NCBI GenBank assembly: GCA_902464275.1
Contig: CABQIK010000002.1
Location: forward strand, 14 to 64,013
Length of the DNA stretch: 64,000 nucleotides
DNA from: an uncultured Alphaproteobacteria bacterium
GTDB taxonomy: Bacteria; Pseudomonadota; Alphaproteobacteria; RF32; CAG-239
Direction: 5' to 3'
Shown here: in pieces, positions 18,559 to 28,428 of the stretch
How positions within the stretch are numbered: position 1 is the first letter of the stretch
Layout of the letters: the number at the start of each line of letters is the position of its first letter
Notes under the pieces: generated by a model
The model's input: only the letters and a program-made list of their open reading frames with translations
Databases searched by the model: none
What the model was told of the DNA's origin: nothing
Program-made: the position numbers and the translations under genes

Positions 18559-20586
18559 ATGAATACAACTACACAAACACACAATGACGGTTTTTTACAT
18601 GAGGGGTTTAATCGGAAAAAAGCGCTAAACGTTTTTCAGACTACCCGCGACGCTTATTTGGCCGAAGTGCAAAAAGCGGCTAAAAATCAGTGCATAGGTA
18701 AAAATAATTGGCCGCAGATTAATGAGATAAGCGCTTGGATGATGTCGGCCGAAACCGCAACTTTTATGAAGTGGGGCGGTTTGGGTATGGTTGCCTCAGA
18801 ATTACCCGAAAGCTTTAACGCCACCTTCGGTAAACACAACCATCATATTTCAATTATCACTCCGATGTATATCGGCAACACCGGCAAAAAATGCGCTTCG
18901 TTTGACGGCAAAACCTACTGCGGAGCCGAAGGCCGTTCCGTTGCCGCCGAAAAAGTTATTACCTTAAAAGTGCCGTTTATCAGCACTCGCAAAAACTTAA
19001 CCGTTTATAATGTGGCGGTTTACAAAGCCTCATTTAACAATGTTAATTATATGTTTTTGCACAATGAGCACTTTTTTTCCATTAATCCGCACAAAACCAA
19101 CCCGTCGGCACAAGACGGCTGTTATGTGTTAAATGAGCATGGGGTTAATGAAGTTGAGCGTTTTGCTTTTTTTTCAAAAGCCGTTTATATGCTGCTTAAA
19201 GAATGTGTCAGCTCGGTAAAAAGCGCTTTGCCCTGCCCCAATATTTTAATTGCCAATGACTGGCACAGCGGAGCTTTGGCCGGATTATGCAAATACAGCT
19301 CCATTATGGAAGTACGCGATAAAAGCATGACGGAAGAAGTTGCCGCGCGGATTCAGAACACGCCGATTATTCATATTGCGCACCACTTGGGCTATCAGGG
19401 ATGGGATTATCCGAACACCGCCAAAATTTTGAACTCGCTTTACGAGCACAACGCGCAGGCGGTTTTCAAAAATGCCAAAGCAATCAAAAACTCTAACCCG
19501 CGCACGCCGAATACGCTGATTGTTTATGACTGCTACAATCAGGCGTCGGGCAGTTTTCATTTGGCTGACCGCGTGGTTACCGTTTCAAAAAATTATATGG
19601 AAGAAGTTTCAAAAGAACTGGGCTTCGGGCTTGATTTTCGCGATATTTTGAAAATCAGAAAAAACCATCGCACCTTTTTCGGCATTGTCAACGGGTATGA
19701 TAAAAAACTGATTTCGCCGAACAGCAAAAAAATTGAGCACATTAACGAGTATTTCCAAAACTTTAAGTTTAAGGTTTATGATGAAAACTCAGTAAAAGAA
19801 AAATTAAGCAATAAAAAAGAGTGCATTAAGCTTCTTGCCAAAATCGCCACCGATGAGGCGTACAAGCAAAAAGTTATTCCGCTGATTGATATTTATCAGT
19901 TTGAAAATATTGCTAATTTAGCGCAAAAAGCTGAAAAGATTCCGTTTGTTTGCGCAACCAGCCGTTTGGTGGAGCAAAAAGGCTACGATATTGTCGCCAA
20001 AGCAATTATTCAGCTTGCAACCGAAAAAGCGGATACCAAGCAGGAATGGCCGATATTTGTTTTGGGCGGCGCCGGCGATTTAGAGCAATACAAAATGCTT
20101 CAAAACCTTAAAAACGCAGTTAAAAAGATTTGTCCGAAGGCTGCGGAGCGAATTTTTGTATTCCGCGGATATCGTGATGAATTTGCTTATGCGTTGCAAC
20201 TTGCGGCTGACTTTTATTTAATGCCGTCGCGTTTTGAGCCTTGCGGTTTAACCCAAATGGAAGCCATGGCTAAAGGAAGCCTGCCGATTGCAACTTCTAC
20301 CGGCGGTTTGGTTGATACCATTAATGATGGTGAAGATGGTTTCAGAACGGAAGTATTTTTTGCCGACGGAGTTAAAGTTTACGGGTCTAACTTAAAAGCG
20401 CAAAAATTCAAGAACAATGAAAACGCCTATGCAGATACCTTGCTCAAAGCGTTAAGATGCTTTTATTTTACGCCGAATGTTATGCACATGATGACTGAAA
20501 ACGCCATGAAAAAAGATTTTGGTTGGTCGGTGCCGAACGGCTCGGTTTATAAATATTACAAGCTTTTCAAAACCGGAAGTCTATAA
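18559..20586 (+). CDS. GT5-family glycogen/starch-synthase-like glycosyltransferase (divergent, 675 aa)
   Basis: N-terminal KWGGLGMV (the K-x-GGL motif) and C-terminal RFEPCGLTQMEAMAKGSLPIATSTGGLVDTI, close to GlgA PSRFEPCGLTQ...TGGLADTV. Confidence 0.6.
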   Translation: MNTTTQTHNDGFLHEGFNRKKALNVFQTTRDAYLAEVQKAAKNQCIGKNNWPQINEISAWMMSAETATFMKWGGLGMVASELPESFNATFGKHNHHISIITPMYIGNTGKKCASFDGKTYCGAEGRSVAAEKVITLKVPFISTRKNLTVYNVAVYKASFNNVNYMFLHNEHFFSINPHKTNPSAQDGCYVLNEHGVNEVERFAFFSKAVYMLLKECVSSVKSALPCPNILIANDWHSGALAGLCKYSSIMEVRDKSMTEEVAARIQNTPIIHIAHHLGYQGWDYPNTAKILNSLYEHNAQAVFKNAKAIKNSNPRTPNTLIVYDCYNQASGSFHLADRVVTVSKNYMEEVSKELGFGLDFRDILKIRKNHRTFFGIVNGYDKKLISPNSKKIEHINEYFQNFKFKVYDENSVKEKLSNKKECIKLLAKIATDEAYKQKVIPLIDIYQFENIANLAQKAEKIPFVCATSRLVEQKGYDIVAKAIIQLATEKADTKQEWPIFVLGGAGDLEQYKMLQNLKNAVKKICPKAAERIFVFRGYRDEFAYALQLAADFYLMPSRFEPCGLTQMEAMAKGSLPIATSTGGLVDTINDGEDGFRTEVFFADGVKVYGSNLKAQKFKNNENAYADTLLKALRCFYFTPNVMHMMTENAMKKDFGWSVPNGSVYKYYKLFKTGSL

Positions 20587-20615
20587 GCTTTATACATTAT
20601 TCGCATCATGACTTT

Positions 20616-20648
20616 ATGAAAATCTGCAATGCTATTGCAGATTTTCAT
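20616..20648. repeat. perfect 15-bp inverted repeat with a 3-nt loop (atgaaaatctgcaat gct attgcagattttcat)
   Basis: Read directly; no flanking T-run on either strand. Confidence 0.8.
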
Positions 20649-20686
20649 AAAATGGTGTTTGTTTTACATTGCATCGTATATTTATA

Positions 20687-20779
20687 CAACTTATACACAG
20701 CACGGACTCGTAAATATTGCAAAAAAAAAACGCGAGCTAAAATCTTCTTAAATTTAACAATTTGAGGAGATTTTAGCTC
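20687..20779 (+). promoter_or_regulatory. conserved pilin-family upstream element (TTGCAA 20717-22, A10 20721-30, TAAAAT 20738-43, GAGGAG 20764-69)
   Basis: Same element as at the other paralogs. Confidence 0.6.
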
Positions 20780-21400
20780 ATGAATACACAATCTGGACGT
20801 TCTATGGTGGAAATGCTTGGCGTTCTTGCCATTATCGGGGTTTTGTCTGTCGGGGCGATTGCCGGTTATTCTAAAGCCATGTTCAAGTACAAACTAAATC
20901 AGCACGCAGAGGCGGTTAATATGCTGATTAACAACGCTTTGCAAATTAAAGACAAATTGGCATACGAAGCAAACACACTCACGGCATACGGTGATATTTT
21001 CAAAAAATTAAACTTACTTCCCGACGGCATAGAATACATTTCCAATGATTATTTACAAGATAAATGGTTTAAAGATAATATTTATATATATCATCACAAC
21101 TCAAACCAAAACAACCATGGAGCTATACGCTTCGGTTTTCTGCCAACATCGCAAGGCGCGGAAATTTGCCGCAATATTATAATCGCGGCTAAAGAAAATG
21201 CAGCCAACTTATGGCGAACCGTAACTTATATAAATACTGATGACGGCAGTATGAACAATTCTCCGCAAGGAGATTTGTATGGCGACGCTTACTGTACAAA
21301 CGGCGTAAATTGTTTGCGAGATTTAAACTTAAACAAAATCAGCCATTTGTGCAATACCTGCAATGGAACTAACTGTATGTTATTTATAACTTATAAATAA
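20780..21400 (+). CDS. type IV pilin-like protein, paralog 3
   Basis: MNTQSG|RSMVEMLGVLAIIGVL... Subfamily B: NMLINNAL..LLPDGIEYIS..IYHH..SQGAEICRNI.IAAKENAANLW..LYGD.YC....NCLRDLNLNKI..LCN.CN. Confidence 0.8.
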   Translation: MNTQSGRSMVEMLGVLAIIGVLSVGAIAGYSKAMFKYKLNQHAEAVNMLINNALQIKDKLAYEANTLTAYGDIFKKLNLLPDGIEYISNDYLQDKWFKDNIYIYHHNSNQNNHGAIRFGFLPTSQGAEICRNIIIAAKENAANLWRTVTYINTDDGSMNNSPQGDLYGDAYCTNGVNCLRDLNLNKISHLCNTCNGTNCMLFITYK

Positions 21401-21401
21401 A

Positions 21402-22706
21402 TTATTCCACTTTGCCGCAAATAACCGGTGATAAGATTTTTTCCGCCCCGATTTTGATTAAGCGTTTAAGCTCAAAGGCGGCGCGGTTAAATTCTTCTTC
21501 CGTTTCGGCATGAATAAGCGCGAGCGGAGTTTTGGCGTCAACATAATCGCCGATTTGGCAAAACTCACTAAAGCCGGTGACGTAATCAAGCTTTTGATCC
21601 GGATGGACTCTGCCGCCTTTTAAGCCGACCAACAGCATACCGATGTCGCGAACCGACATTTGTTCAACATAACCTTCCGTATCAGCAAACACCGGACGAA
21701 TAATATCTGCCCGCGGCAAATAAGAATCCGGATTTTCGGCAAAATCAGCCGGCCCGCCAAACGCATAAACCATCTGCTCAAATTTTTCCAGAGCGCGGCC
21801 GGAAGATAAAGCTTTTGCAATTTTAACTTCGGCCTCCGGCTTGTTTTGGCATAATCCGCAAGAGGTAAGCAACTCTGAACACAAAGCTTTAGTAACCTTA
21901 TCTAAGCGAGCCTCAGGATTTTTGTTTTGCAGATATTCCACCGCCTCACGAACTTCCAAAGCATTACCGACCGTACGCCCCAAAACCTGATTCATATCGG
22001 TGATAACCGCCGTGGTTTTGGTACCGGCGCCATTTGCCACTTCAACAATAGAGCGCGCCAAATTTTCAGCGTCTTGCAGAGTTTCCATAAACGCGCCGCT
22101 GCCGCATTTTAAGTCCATTACCAAAAACTGCAAACCGGCGGCAAGTTTTTTAGATAAAATTGAAGCGGTAATCAGCGGAATTGATTCCACCGTGCCGCAC
22201 ACATCGCGAATGGCGTAAATCTTTTTATCGGCCGGAGCCAAATTGCCGGTTTGCCCGATAATGGCGCAACCGATTTCAGACACGGTTTTAACAAACACGT
22301 CTTCAGAGGCGGACGTATTATAACCGGGGATAGAATCCAACTTGTCTAAGGTTCCGCCGGTATGCCCCAAGCCGCGGCCGGCAATCATCGGCACATAACC
22401 GCCGCAAGCCGCCAAAATCGGCGCCAACATCAGGCTGACTTTATCGCCGACACCACCGGTTGAGTGCTTGTCAATCACCGGCCCGTCAACATGCCAATGC
22501 AAAACATCGCCCGAATCACGCATGGCAAGCGTTAAGGCAACGGTTTCTTCTTTATCAAGCCCGTTTAAAAACATTGCCATACTTAAAGACGCCATTTGGC
22601 TGTCGGCAATTTCGCCTTTTACCAAACCGTCAACAAAAAACTTAATTTCCTCTGCCGTAAGTTTTTGCTTATTGCGTTTTTTGCGAATAATTTCTTGCGG
22701 AAACAT
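21402..22706 (-). CDS. deoA: thymidine/pyrimidine-nucleoside phosphorylase
   Basis: 434 aa with a glycosyltransferase family 3 fold and STGGVGDKVS motif. Confidence 0.85.
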   Translation of the reverse strand: MFPQEIIRKKRNKQKLTAEEIKFFVDGLVKGEIADSQMASLSMAMFLNGLDKEETVALTLAMRDSGDVLHWHVDGPVIDKHSTGGVGDKVSLMLAPILAACGGYVPMIAGRGLGHTGGTLDKLDSIPGYNTSASEDVFVKTVSEIGCAIIGQTGNLAPADKKIYAIRDVCGTVESIPLITASILSKKLAAGLQFLVMDLKCGSGAFMETLQDAENLARSIVEVANGAGTKTTAVITDMNQVLGRTVGNALEVREAVEYLQNKNPEARLDKVTKALCSELLTSCGLCQNKPEAEVKIAKALSSGRALEKFEQMVYAFGGPADFAENPDSYLPRADIIRPVFADTEGYVEQMSVRDIGMLLVGLKGGRVHPDQKLDYVTGFSEFCQIGDYVDAKTPLALIHAETEEEFNRAAFELKRLIKIGAEKILSPVICGKVE

Positions 22707-22707
22707 G

Positions 22708-23511
22708 CTATTTTTCCTCCATGTATGATTGTAATAAACGAGCTAATTTTTTTGAGGCTTCATCGGCTTGCGCCAAAGTTTCGGCATGGCTTTGAACCGT
22801 TGCCTGCAAGCCGGTTCCCAAATTGGTAATAACCGAAATACCGACCACTTTAATTCCGGCATAAACGGCGGCAATAACTTCAGGCACGGTAGACATACCC
22901 ACCGCATCGGCGCCCAAAATACCAAACGCTTTTACCTCGGCCGGAGTTTCAAAATTGGGTCCTAAAACCATTAAATAAACTCCTTCATGGAGCTTTATGT
23001 CCTCACGCGCGGCAACGGCTTTAATTTTAGCTGATTGAGCTTTGTTATAAGCCTCGCTCATATCCGGAAAACGCGGGCCGATACTGTCATCATTGGCGCC
23101 GACCAACGGATTGCGGCCACTGAAATTGATATGGTCGGTTATCAGCATTAAGCTTCCGGCCGGCATATCGGGGCGCAATGAGCCGGCGGCATTGGTCACA
23201 ATTAAGTTTTTAATGCCGACGGCGGCAAAAGCTGCCATCACATTTTTAATCAGCACCGGCTCATAGCCTTCATACAAATGAAAACGCCCCTGCATGCAGG
23301 CAATAGTTTTACCGGCAATTTCGCCGACTACAAGTTTGCCGGCATGACCTTTAACCGCGCTTGCCGGAAACCCGAGTTCTTTATAAGCAATTTCGGTTTT
23401 ATTTTGCAAAGAATCGGCTAAACCGCCAAGACCTGAGCCTAAAATAAGCAAAGTTTCAGGCTTTTTTTCAGCCAAACAGCGACGTAAATTTTTAACATAA
23501 TCAGCCATCAT
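22708..23511 (-). CDS. purine nucleoside phosphorylase (trimeric PNP/MTAP family)
   Basis: ILGSGLGGLAD ... GHAGKLVVGEI ... RFHLYEGY. Confidence 0.8.
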   Translation of the reverse strand: MMADYVKNLRRCLAEKKPETLLILGSGLGGLADSLQNKTEIAYKELGFPASAVKGHAGKLVVGEIAGKTIACMQGRFHLYEGYEPVLIKNVMAAFAAVGIKNLIVTNAAGSLRPDMPAGSLMLITDHINFSGRNPLVGANDDSIGPRFPDMSEAYNKAQSAKIKAVAAREDIKLHEGVYLMVLGPNFETPAEVKAFGILGADAVGMSTVPEVIAAVYAGIKVVGISVITNLGTGLQATVQSHAETLAQADEASKKLARLLQSYMEEK

Positions 23512-23928
23512 TTATTTCAAGCTCCCCTCGTTAAATGAAACCGGCAGTAACTCAGCAATTTTGAGCGACTTTTTAATACCGGTTAAATCTGCCAAATGGA
23601 CGGTGGTTTCAGCATTGCCGAACTCAAAAATACGCTGCAGACACGCGCCGCACGGCGAAACCAACGAATCGCCGCCCGCAACCACCACAATATCTTTAAT
23701 TAAGCGTCCGCCGTCGGCGTTCATGGCGGCAATCGCGCCGGCCTCGGCGCAAGTTCCGCACGGGTATGAAATGTTTTCAACGTTGCAGCCGGCATAGGTT
23801 TTGCCGTTAGCGCATAAAATTGCCGCGCCGACCGCAAAATGCGAATAATGAGCATAAGCATTTTTACGAGCGTTTAATGCTTGAGAAAAAAGCAAAGATA
23901 ATTGTGACATTTTAAATTCCTTAATCAA
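23512..23928 (-). CDS. cdd: cytidine deaminase
   Basis: Zinc motifs CAEAGAI and SPCGACLQ. Confidence 0.85.
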   Translation of the reverse strand: MIKEFKMSQLSLLFSQALNARKNAYAHYSHFAVGAAILCANGKTYAGCNVENISYPCGTCAEAGAIAAMNADGGRLIKDIVVVAGGDSLVSPCGACLQRIFEFGNAETTVHLADLTGIKKSLKIAELLPVSFNEGSLK

Positions 23929-24014
23929 AAATTAGTTGATTTATGATACGGATATTATACATTATTCCTATATTTGGCAAAGACTTTTTATGTTTGTTAC
24001 AGGAGATTTGTAAA

Positions 24015-27000
24015 GTGCTGAAAAAATTGTTTATCGGATTGATAGTGGTTATCGCTTTGATTATCGGCGGAATCTCGGCCTATATATCAACTATTGACTG
24101 GAATCAACATAAAGAAAAAATTGCCTCCCGATTTGAAAATATTACCGGTAAAAAAATTGTTTTTGCCGGCGATGTATCGCTTTCATTATTTCCGTCACCG
24201 TATTTAAGCGCCAAGGACATAAAAATTTATAACTCGGCAACCGATACCGCTCATCCTTTGGCCGTGATTCAAGAAATGATTACCGATTTAAGTTTGGTAC
24301 CGTTGTTGCAAGGCAAGTTTGTGGTTGACAATATGTCGCTCCGCAACCCGAACATTTTAATGGAGTTTGATGAAAACGGCAAATTTAACTGGGAATCGGA
24401 AATTAATGACCCTGACAGCGCCTCATTTGACAATGTTGACATTGCTTTTAACAGCGTTGTGCTGAAAGATGCTTCCGTGCAAATTATTAACCCCGGACTT
24501 AACCTTGATATGACATTGCAAAACTTAAACGCCGATATTACCGCCCAAAGTTTGCGCGGCCCGTATCGTGTGGACGGTAATTTTGTAAAAAACAATAATC
24601 CGGCCGGTTTTGCTTTAACCTTCGGCACTTTGTCGGAAAGTTTTGCCACCTCATTAAATTTGGTATTAACCCACCCTTCAAGCGAAAGTTATGCCCGATT
24701 TGACGGCTCTATGCTGCCGAGCAACAACGAAATTAAGGGTAATTTTATTGTTGAAGCCAAAAAACCTTCTGATTTTATTAATGAACTCAGCGGACAAAAC
24801 ATTTTACCGTCTGATTTTAATTATCCGCTTGCTTTTTCAATAGAAGTCAGCACCAACAAGCAACAAATTGACCTTTCAAGCTTTATTTTGAAATACGGCG
24901 ACAATACCGCCGGCGCCGGTAATGTTTTAATTCCGCTTGCCCCGCAAGACGGAAACGACAAACCCAAAATTGAACTCGGTTTTGAAATGACCGACCTTGA
25001 CTTGGAACCGATTGTTGCCGTTATTAAAGGTCAACTTAAAAAATATCAGAATATGCAAAACAAATTTGCACCGGCATTTGACTTTGATTTAATTGCCGAT
25101 GTTAAGGCTGTGCGGTGTCTTTATAACAATCAGTTTGCGCAAGACTTTAATTTACAGGCAGACTTAATCAATAACTCATTAACAATTAAAAACCTGTCGG
25201 CAATTTTGCCCGGCAATACCGATTTCAGAACCGAAGGCTCCGTTTTTGAAAACGAAAAAAATCTTTCATACGATTTTAAGGTAAAAACCATGAGCCAAGA
25301 CTTTTTAAAATTGTTAAACTGGCTTAAAATTGAGATTAAACCTTATTCAGACATGGCTTATCGCAATGCTTTGATTGACTTTGGCTTATCGGGTAACTTA
25401 AAGCAAATTAAAGTTTCGCCTCTGATGGTAAATTTGGATAAAATAAGCGCGGAAGGCGTTGTGGGTATTATTAATGATTCACGCACCAAGCTTTTTGTGA
25501 TTGCGGAAAGCGAATCGGCTGATTTAGACAATTATTTACCGCCGATTTCAGATGATGAAAAACAACTCGCTGTTGACGATAAAATTAAACTTATGCTCAA
25601 TAAGTTAAAATTTTTGAATGATTATGACGTGCATTTTGAAGGCAAATTCGGATGGCTGATTTATAACAAACTTAAATTTGAAAACGTAGAGCTTAATCTT
25701 GATTCCGAAAACAGCATTGTTAAAATTAATAATTTGAATATCGGTCAGGCGGCGGCATCTGACTTAAATTTAAGCGGTCAACTTTCAGGCTTAGGCGTCA
25801 GCCCCACCTTTAACAACATTAAATACACTTTTAATTCATCTGATTTTGCCGAGTTCCGAAAAGTTTTCGGCGTGCCGGTACCGCAGATGCCATTAATTAC
25901 GCAAGCTAAAAAAATTAAGTCAAAAGGTATTTTTACCGGCAACATGAACGACATTAACATTAAAACCGTTACTAATCTTGACCGCTTTAACTCGGTTTAT
26001 GCCGGAAAAATTTTCAGCTATCAGAACAAACCTAATTTTAAGGGTAAACTTAAATTCAAAACATCGGATTTTACACGTTTTGTGCAACAGACCGGTTTTA
26101 ATTATAACCCTAAAAACATGCCGGCAAACATTTTTACGTTTTTGGGCGATGTTCAGGGCTCGGCCGATAACTGGAAAGCAACCGGCATTGACGCATTTGT
26201 CGGCACCGATAATTTTAAAGGCGATATTGCGGTTAACTCAGCAGCGGAACGCAGCGTTATAACCGCTGACATCACCGCCAACAAATTTGAATTTGATCGC
26301 TTTTTTTACAATCCGACCGGCACAGGTTCTAAAATCAGCAAACCGATTATTGCCGCCAACAACAGCTCATTTTTTGCCAAACCAGAGCTTGAAACGGCCG
26401 AAATTAATTACGGTTGGCTGAAAGGCTTTGACTTAAACGGCAAATTTAAAATCGGCACTTTAAGCTACAACACGCAATCGGTTAAAAATTTTGACACCGC
26501 GTTAAGTTTGCATAACGGCAATATAAAAGCGGAAAGATTCAGCTTTAACCAAAACGGCGGCGAAATCAGCGGCGCTTTTGAAATTGACACTTCCAAAACT
26601 CCGGTAATTAAAGGTTCGGCTGATTTCAAAAACTTTAGCATTACCAATGCGGGCGGCAGCAAATATGCCTTTATCGGCGGCGATTTACGCGCTAAGGCTG
26701 AGTTTGAAGCTCCGGCAACTTCAGTGGCGGAAGCGTTTAATCAGCTTAATGCCAAAATATCGGTTGATGTTGACAACGCCGTATTTAAGGGTTGGGACAT
26801 GGAATTTATTGAAGATGATTTAAGCACCCGCACCCGCTCCGACAAACTTTTTGACATGCTGTTTTCTAATTTGCAAAAAGGCGAATCGCGGTTTGAAGTT
26901 GTCGGCGCCGAAATTAATATTGTAAACGGGAACTACTCGTTTAAAGACGCGCTGATGGCTTCAGGCTTGGTTACCATTGATGTTAACGGGCAAGGAAACT

Positions 27001-28301
27001 TAAAAAGTTGGAACACCAACACCACATTTAAGGCCACTTTTGAGCGTCTGCGCGATAAAATTGTGCCGATTGAATTTAAGTGGTCCGGGCAAATTGACAA
27101 TCCGCGTTTGGTGGTTGACGGCTCATCGCTTATTAACAAATATAACGCCTATTGGGAACAAGTTGCCAAACAAAAACGCAAAGAGGAAGAGGCGCGCATT
27201 AAAGCTCTTAACACTAAAATGGCAACAACGCAAAAACGTGTTTCAGAAGTTAAGACGCTGATTGATAATGAGATTTTGCCGCGTATTGAAAAATACAAGC
27301 CTTTAAGCAGCAACTCAGATATTAAAAACCAATACAACAGTCATCAAATGCTGGTGGTTGACATAAACAATCAGCTTGAAATGATGCAGGAAAAGCAGCG
27401 CAAAACCTTTACCGATGATGATATTATGCAAATGGACGCCAGGTTAGAATCGTTTATGCCGCAACTTGAAAAAATGCCGCAACAACTTGATGAAACTTTT
27501 GCGTACGATCTTAAAATTCATTCGGGAGCCGAATATAATAACGTTATTAACATTTATGATAACGCCCAAACCAAAGCGGTTAATTATCAGCAAGCCCTTA
27601 ACTCGTATGTGTTGCGCTTGTTGCAGCTTAATTCATTGATTGTTTTGGACCGCGACCCGCATGTTACCGACCATAAGTCGCATATTGAAGACTCTTTGCG
27701 CAAGTTGGAAGATTTGCACAAAGAGGCTAATGATTTGCGCCAACAGATTGAAAAAGCCGAAGAGCTTAACGAGCTTGATAAGCTTTACAGAGCAATGAAA
27801 GTAATTTCGGAAAAAAGCAACGCAGAATTAAATGTTTTAAATACCAACATGGAAGAGCTGTTTGACTATGCACAAAAACTGGTGCGCGCGGAAGAAGGCG
27901 CAAATTCTGCCCATGAAGACGAGCAAAACTCCGCAGAATCTGAAGAAGAAAACATTGATGATATTGAGGCAAATATTGAAGAAACAGACGCGGATACGCC
28001 GCTTGTTGAAACCAAACCGGAACCCGCGGCCGAACCGCAAAAGCCTTTATTAAGAGAAATTATTGAAAACCAAACGGAAGAAAACAGCGAAAATCAGGTT
28101 AGCGAATCGGCTAATATTCAAAACAAACCGATTGTTTCATATCGTTCAAAGTTGGCGCCGTCCGGTGTTATTACCCGCGGAAAACAAGTGATGGAAGTTA
28201 AACAAAACAAACTCGGCGAGCAAAACTCTTCGGCTCCGCTTTTAAAACCGCTGACCGAAGACAAACCTCTCAGCGGAGGCACTATAAAAACCAAATATTA
28301 A
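24015..28301 (+). CDS. AsmA-family giant protein (N-terminal TM anchor, AsmA/TamB-like beta-rich body, C-terminal coiled-coil and acidic tail)
   Basis: GTG start at 24015 lies 8 nt after AGGAGA; the track start at 23943 is probably spurious. Repetitive DLNGKFK-type beta segments typical of AsmA/TamB. C-terminal EDEQNSAESEEENIDDIEANIEE. Confidence 0.6.
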   Translation: MLKKLFIGLIVVIALIIGGISAYISTIDWNQHKEKIASRFENITGKKIVFAGDVSLSLFPSPYLSAKDIKIYNSATDTAHPLAVIQEMITDLSLVPLLQGKFVVDNMSLRNPNILMEFDENGKFNWESEINDPDSASFDNVDIAFNSVVLKDASVQIINPGLNLDMTLQNLNADITAQSLRGPYRVDGNFVKNNNPAGFALTFGTLSESFATSLNLVLTHPSSESYARFDGSMLPSNNEIKGNFIVEAKKPSDFINELSGQNILPSDFNYPLAFSIEVSTNKQQIDLSSFILKYGDNTAGAGNVLIPLAPQDGNDKPKIELGFEMTDLDLEPIVAVIKGQLKKYQNMQNKFAPAFDFDLIADVKAVRCLYNNQFAQDFNLQADLINNSLTIKNLSAILPGNTDFRTEGSVFENEKNLSYDFKVKTMSQDFLKLLNWLKIEIKPYSDMAYRNALIDFGLSGNLKQIKVSPLMVNLDKISAEGVVGIINDSRTKLFVIAESESADLDNYLPPISDDEKQLAVDDKIKLMLNKLKFLNDYDVHFEGKFGWLIYNKLKFENVELNLDSENSIVKINNLNIGQAAASDLNLSGQLSGLGVSPTFNNIKYTFNSSDFAEFRKVFGVPVPQMPLITQAKKIKSKGIFTGNMNDINIKTVTNLDRFNSVYAGKIFSYQNKPNFKGKLKFKTSDFTRFVQQTGFNYNPKNMPANIFTFLGDVQGSADNWKATGIDAFVGTDNFKGDIAVNSAAERSVITADITANKFEFDRFFYNPTGTGSKISKPIIAANNSSFFAKPELETAEINYGWLKGFDLNGKFKIGTLSYNTQSVKNFDTALSLHNGNIKAERFSFNQNGGEISGAFEIDTSKTPVIKGSADFKNFSITNAGGSKYAFIGGDLRAKAEFEAPATSVAEAFNQLNAKISVDVDNAVFKGWDMEFIEDDLSTRTRSDKLFDMLFSNLQKGESRFEVVGAEINIVNGNYSFKDALMASGLVTIDVNGQGNLKSWNTNTTFKATFERLRDKIVPIEFKWSGQIDNPRLVVDGSSLINKYNAYWEQVAKQKRKEEEARIKALNTKMATTQKRVSEVKTLIDNEILPRIEKYKPLSSNSDIKNQYNSHQMLVVDINNQLEMMQEKQRKTFTDDDIMQMDARLESFMPQLEKMPQQLDETFAYDLKIHSGAEYNNVINIYDNAQTKAVNYQQALNSYVLRLLQLNSLIVLDRDPHVTDHKSHIEDSLRKLEDLHKEANDLRQQIEKAEELNELDKLYRAMKVISEKSNAELNVLNTNMEELFDYAQKLVRAEEGANSAHEDEQNSAESEEENIDDIEANIEETDADTPLVETKPEPAAEPQKPLLREIIENQTEENSENQVSESANIQNKPIVSYRSKLAPSGVITRGKQVMEVKQNKLGEQNSSAPLLKPLTEDKPLSGGTIKTKY

Positions 28302-28310
28302 AATTAAAAT

Positions 28311-28337
28311 ACCGGATTTACTTCCGGTATTTTTTTT
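28311..28337 (+). terminator. rho-independent terminator after the AsmA-family gene
   Basis: accggatttacttccggt hairpin followed by a T8 run. Confidence 0.6.
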
Positions 28338-28428
28338 GAGTTGATATTTTGCAAAATGGCGGTTGCTTTATAAAAAATATATGATATATTTTAGTACATA
28401 ATATTAACCTAATTATTCGGAGTATGAA

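Noticed and set aside
20687-20779. Sigma54 (-24/-12) promoter in the conserved pilin upstream element
   Set aside because: GG and GC dinucleotides are 13 nt apart (cacGGactcgtaaatattGCaa), not the required 10. A sigma70-like TTGCAA-N15-TAAAAT fits better.
23943-24014. ATG start at 23943 for the AsmA-family gene
   Set aside because: There is no RBS. GTG at 24015 is preceded by AGGAGA at 8 nt and begins the hydrophobic anchor VLKKLFIGLIVVIALII.
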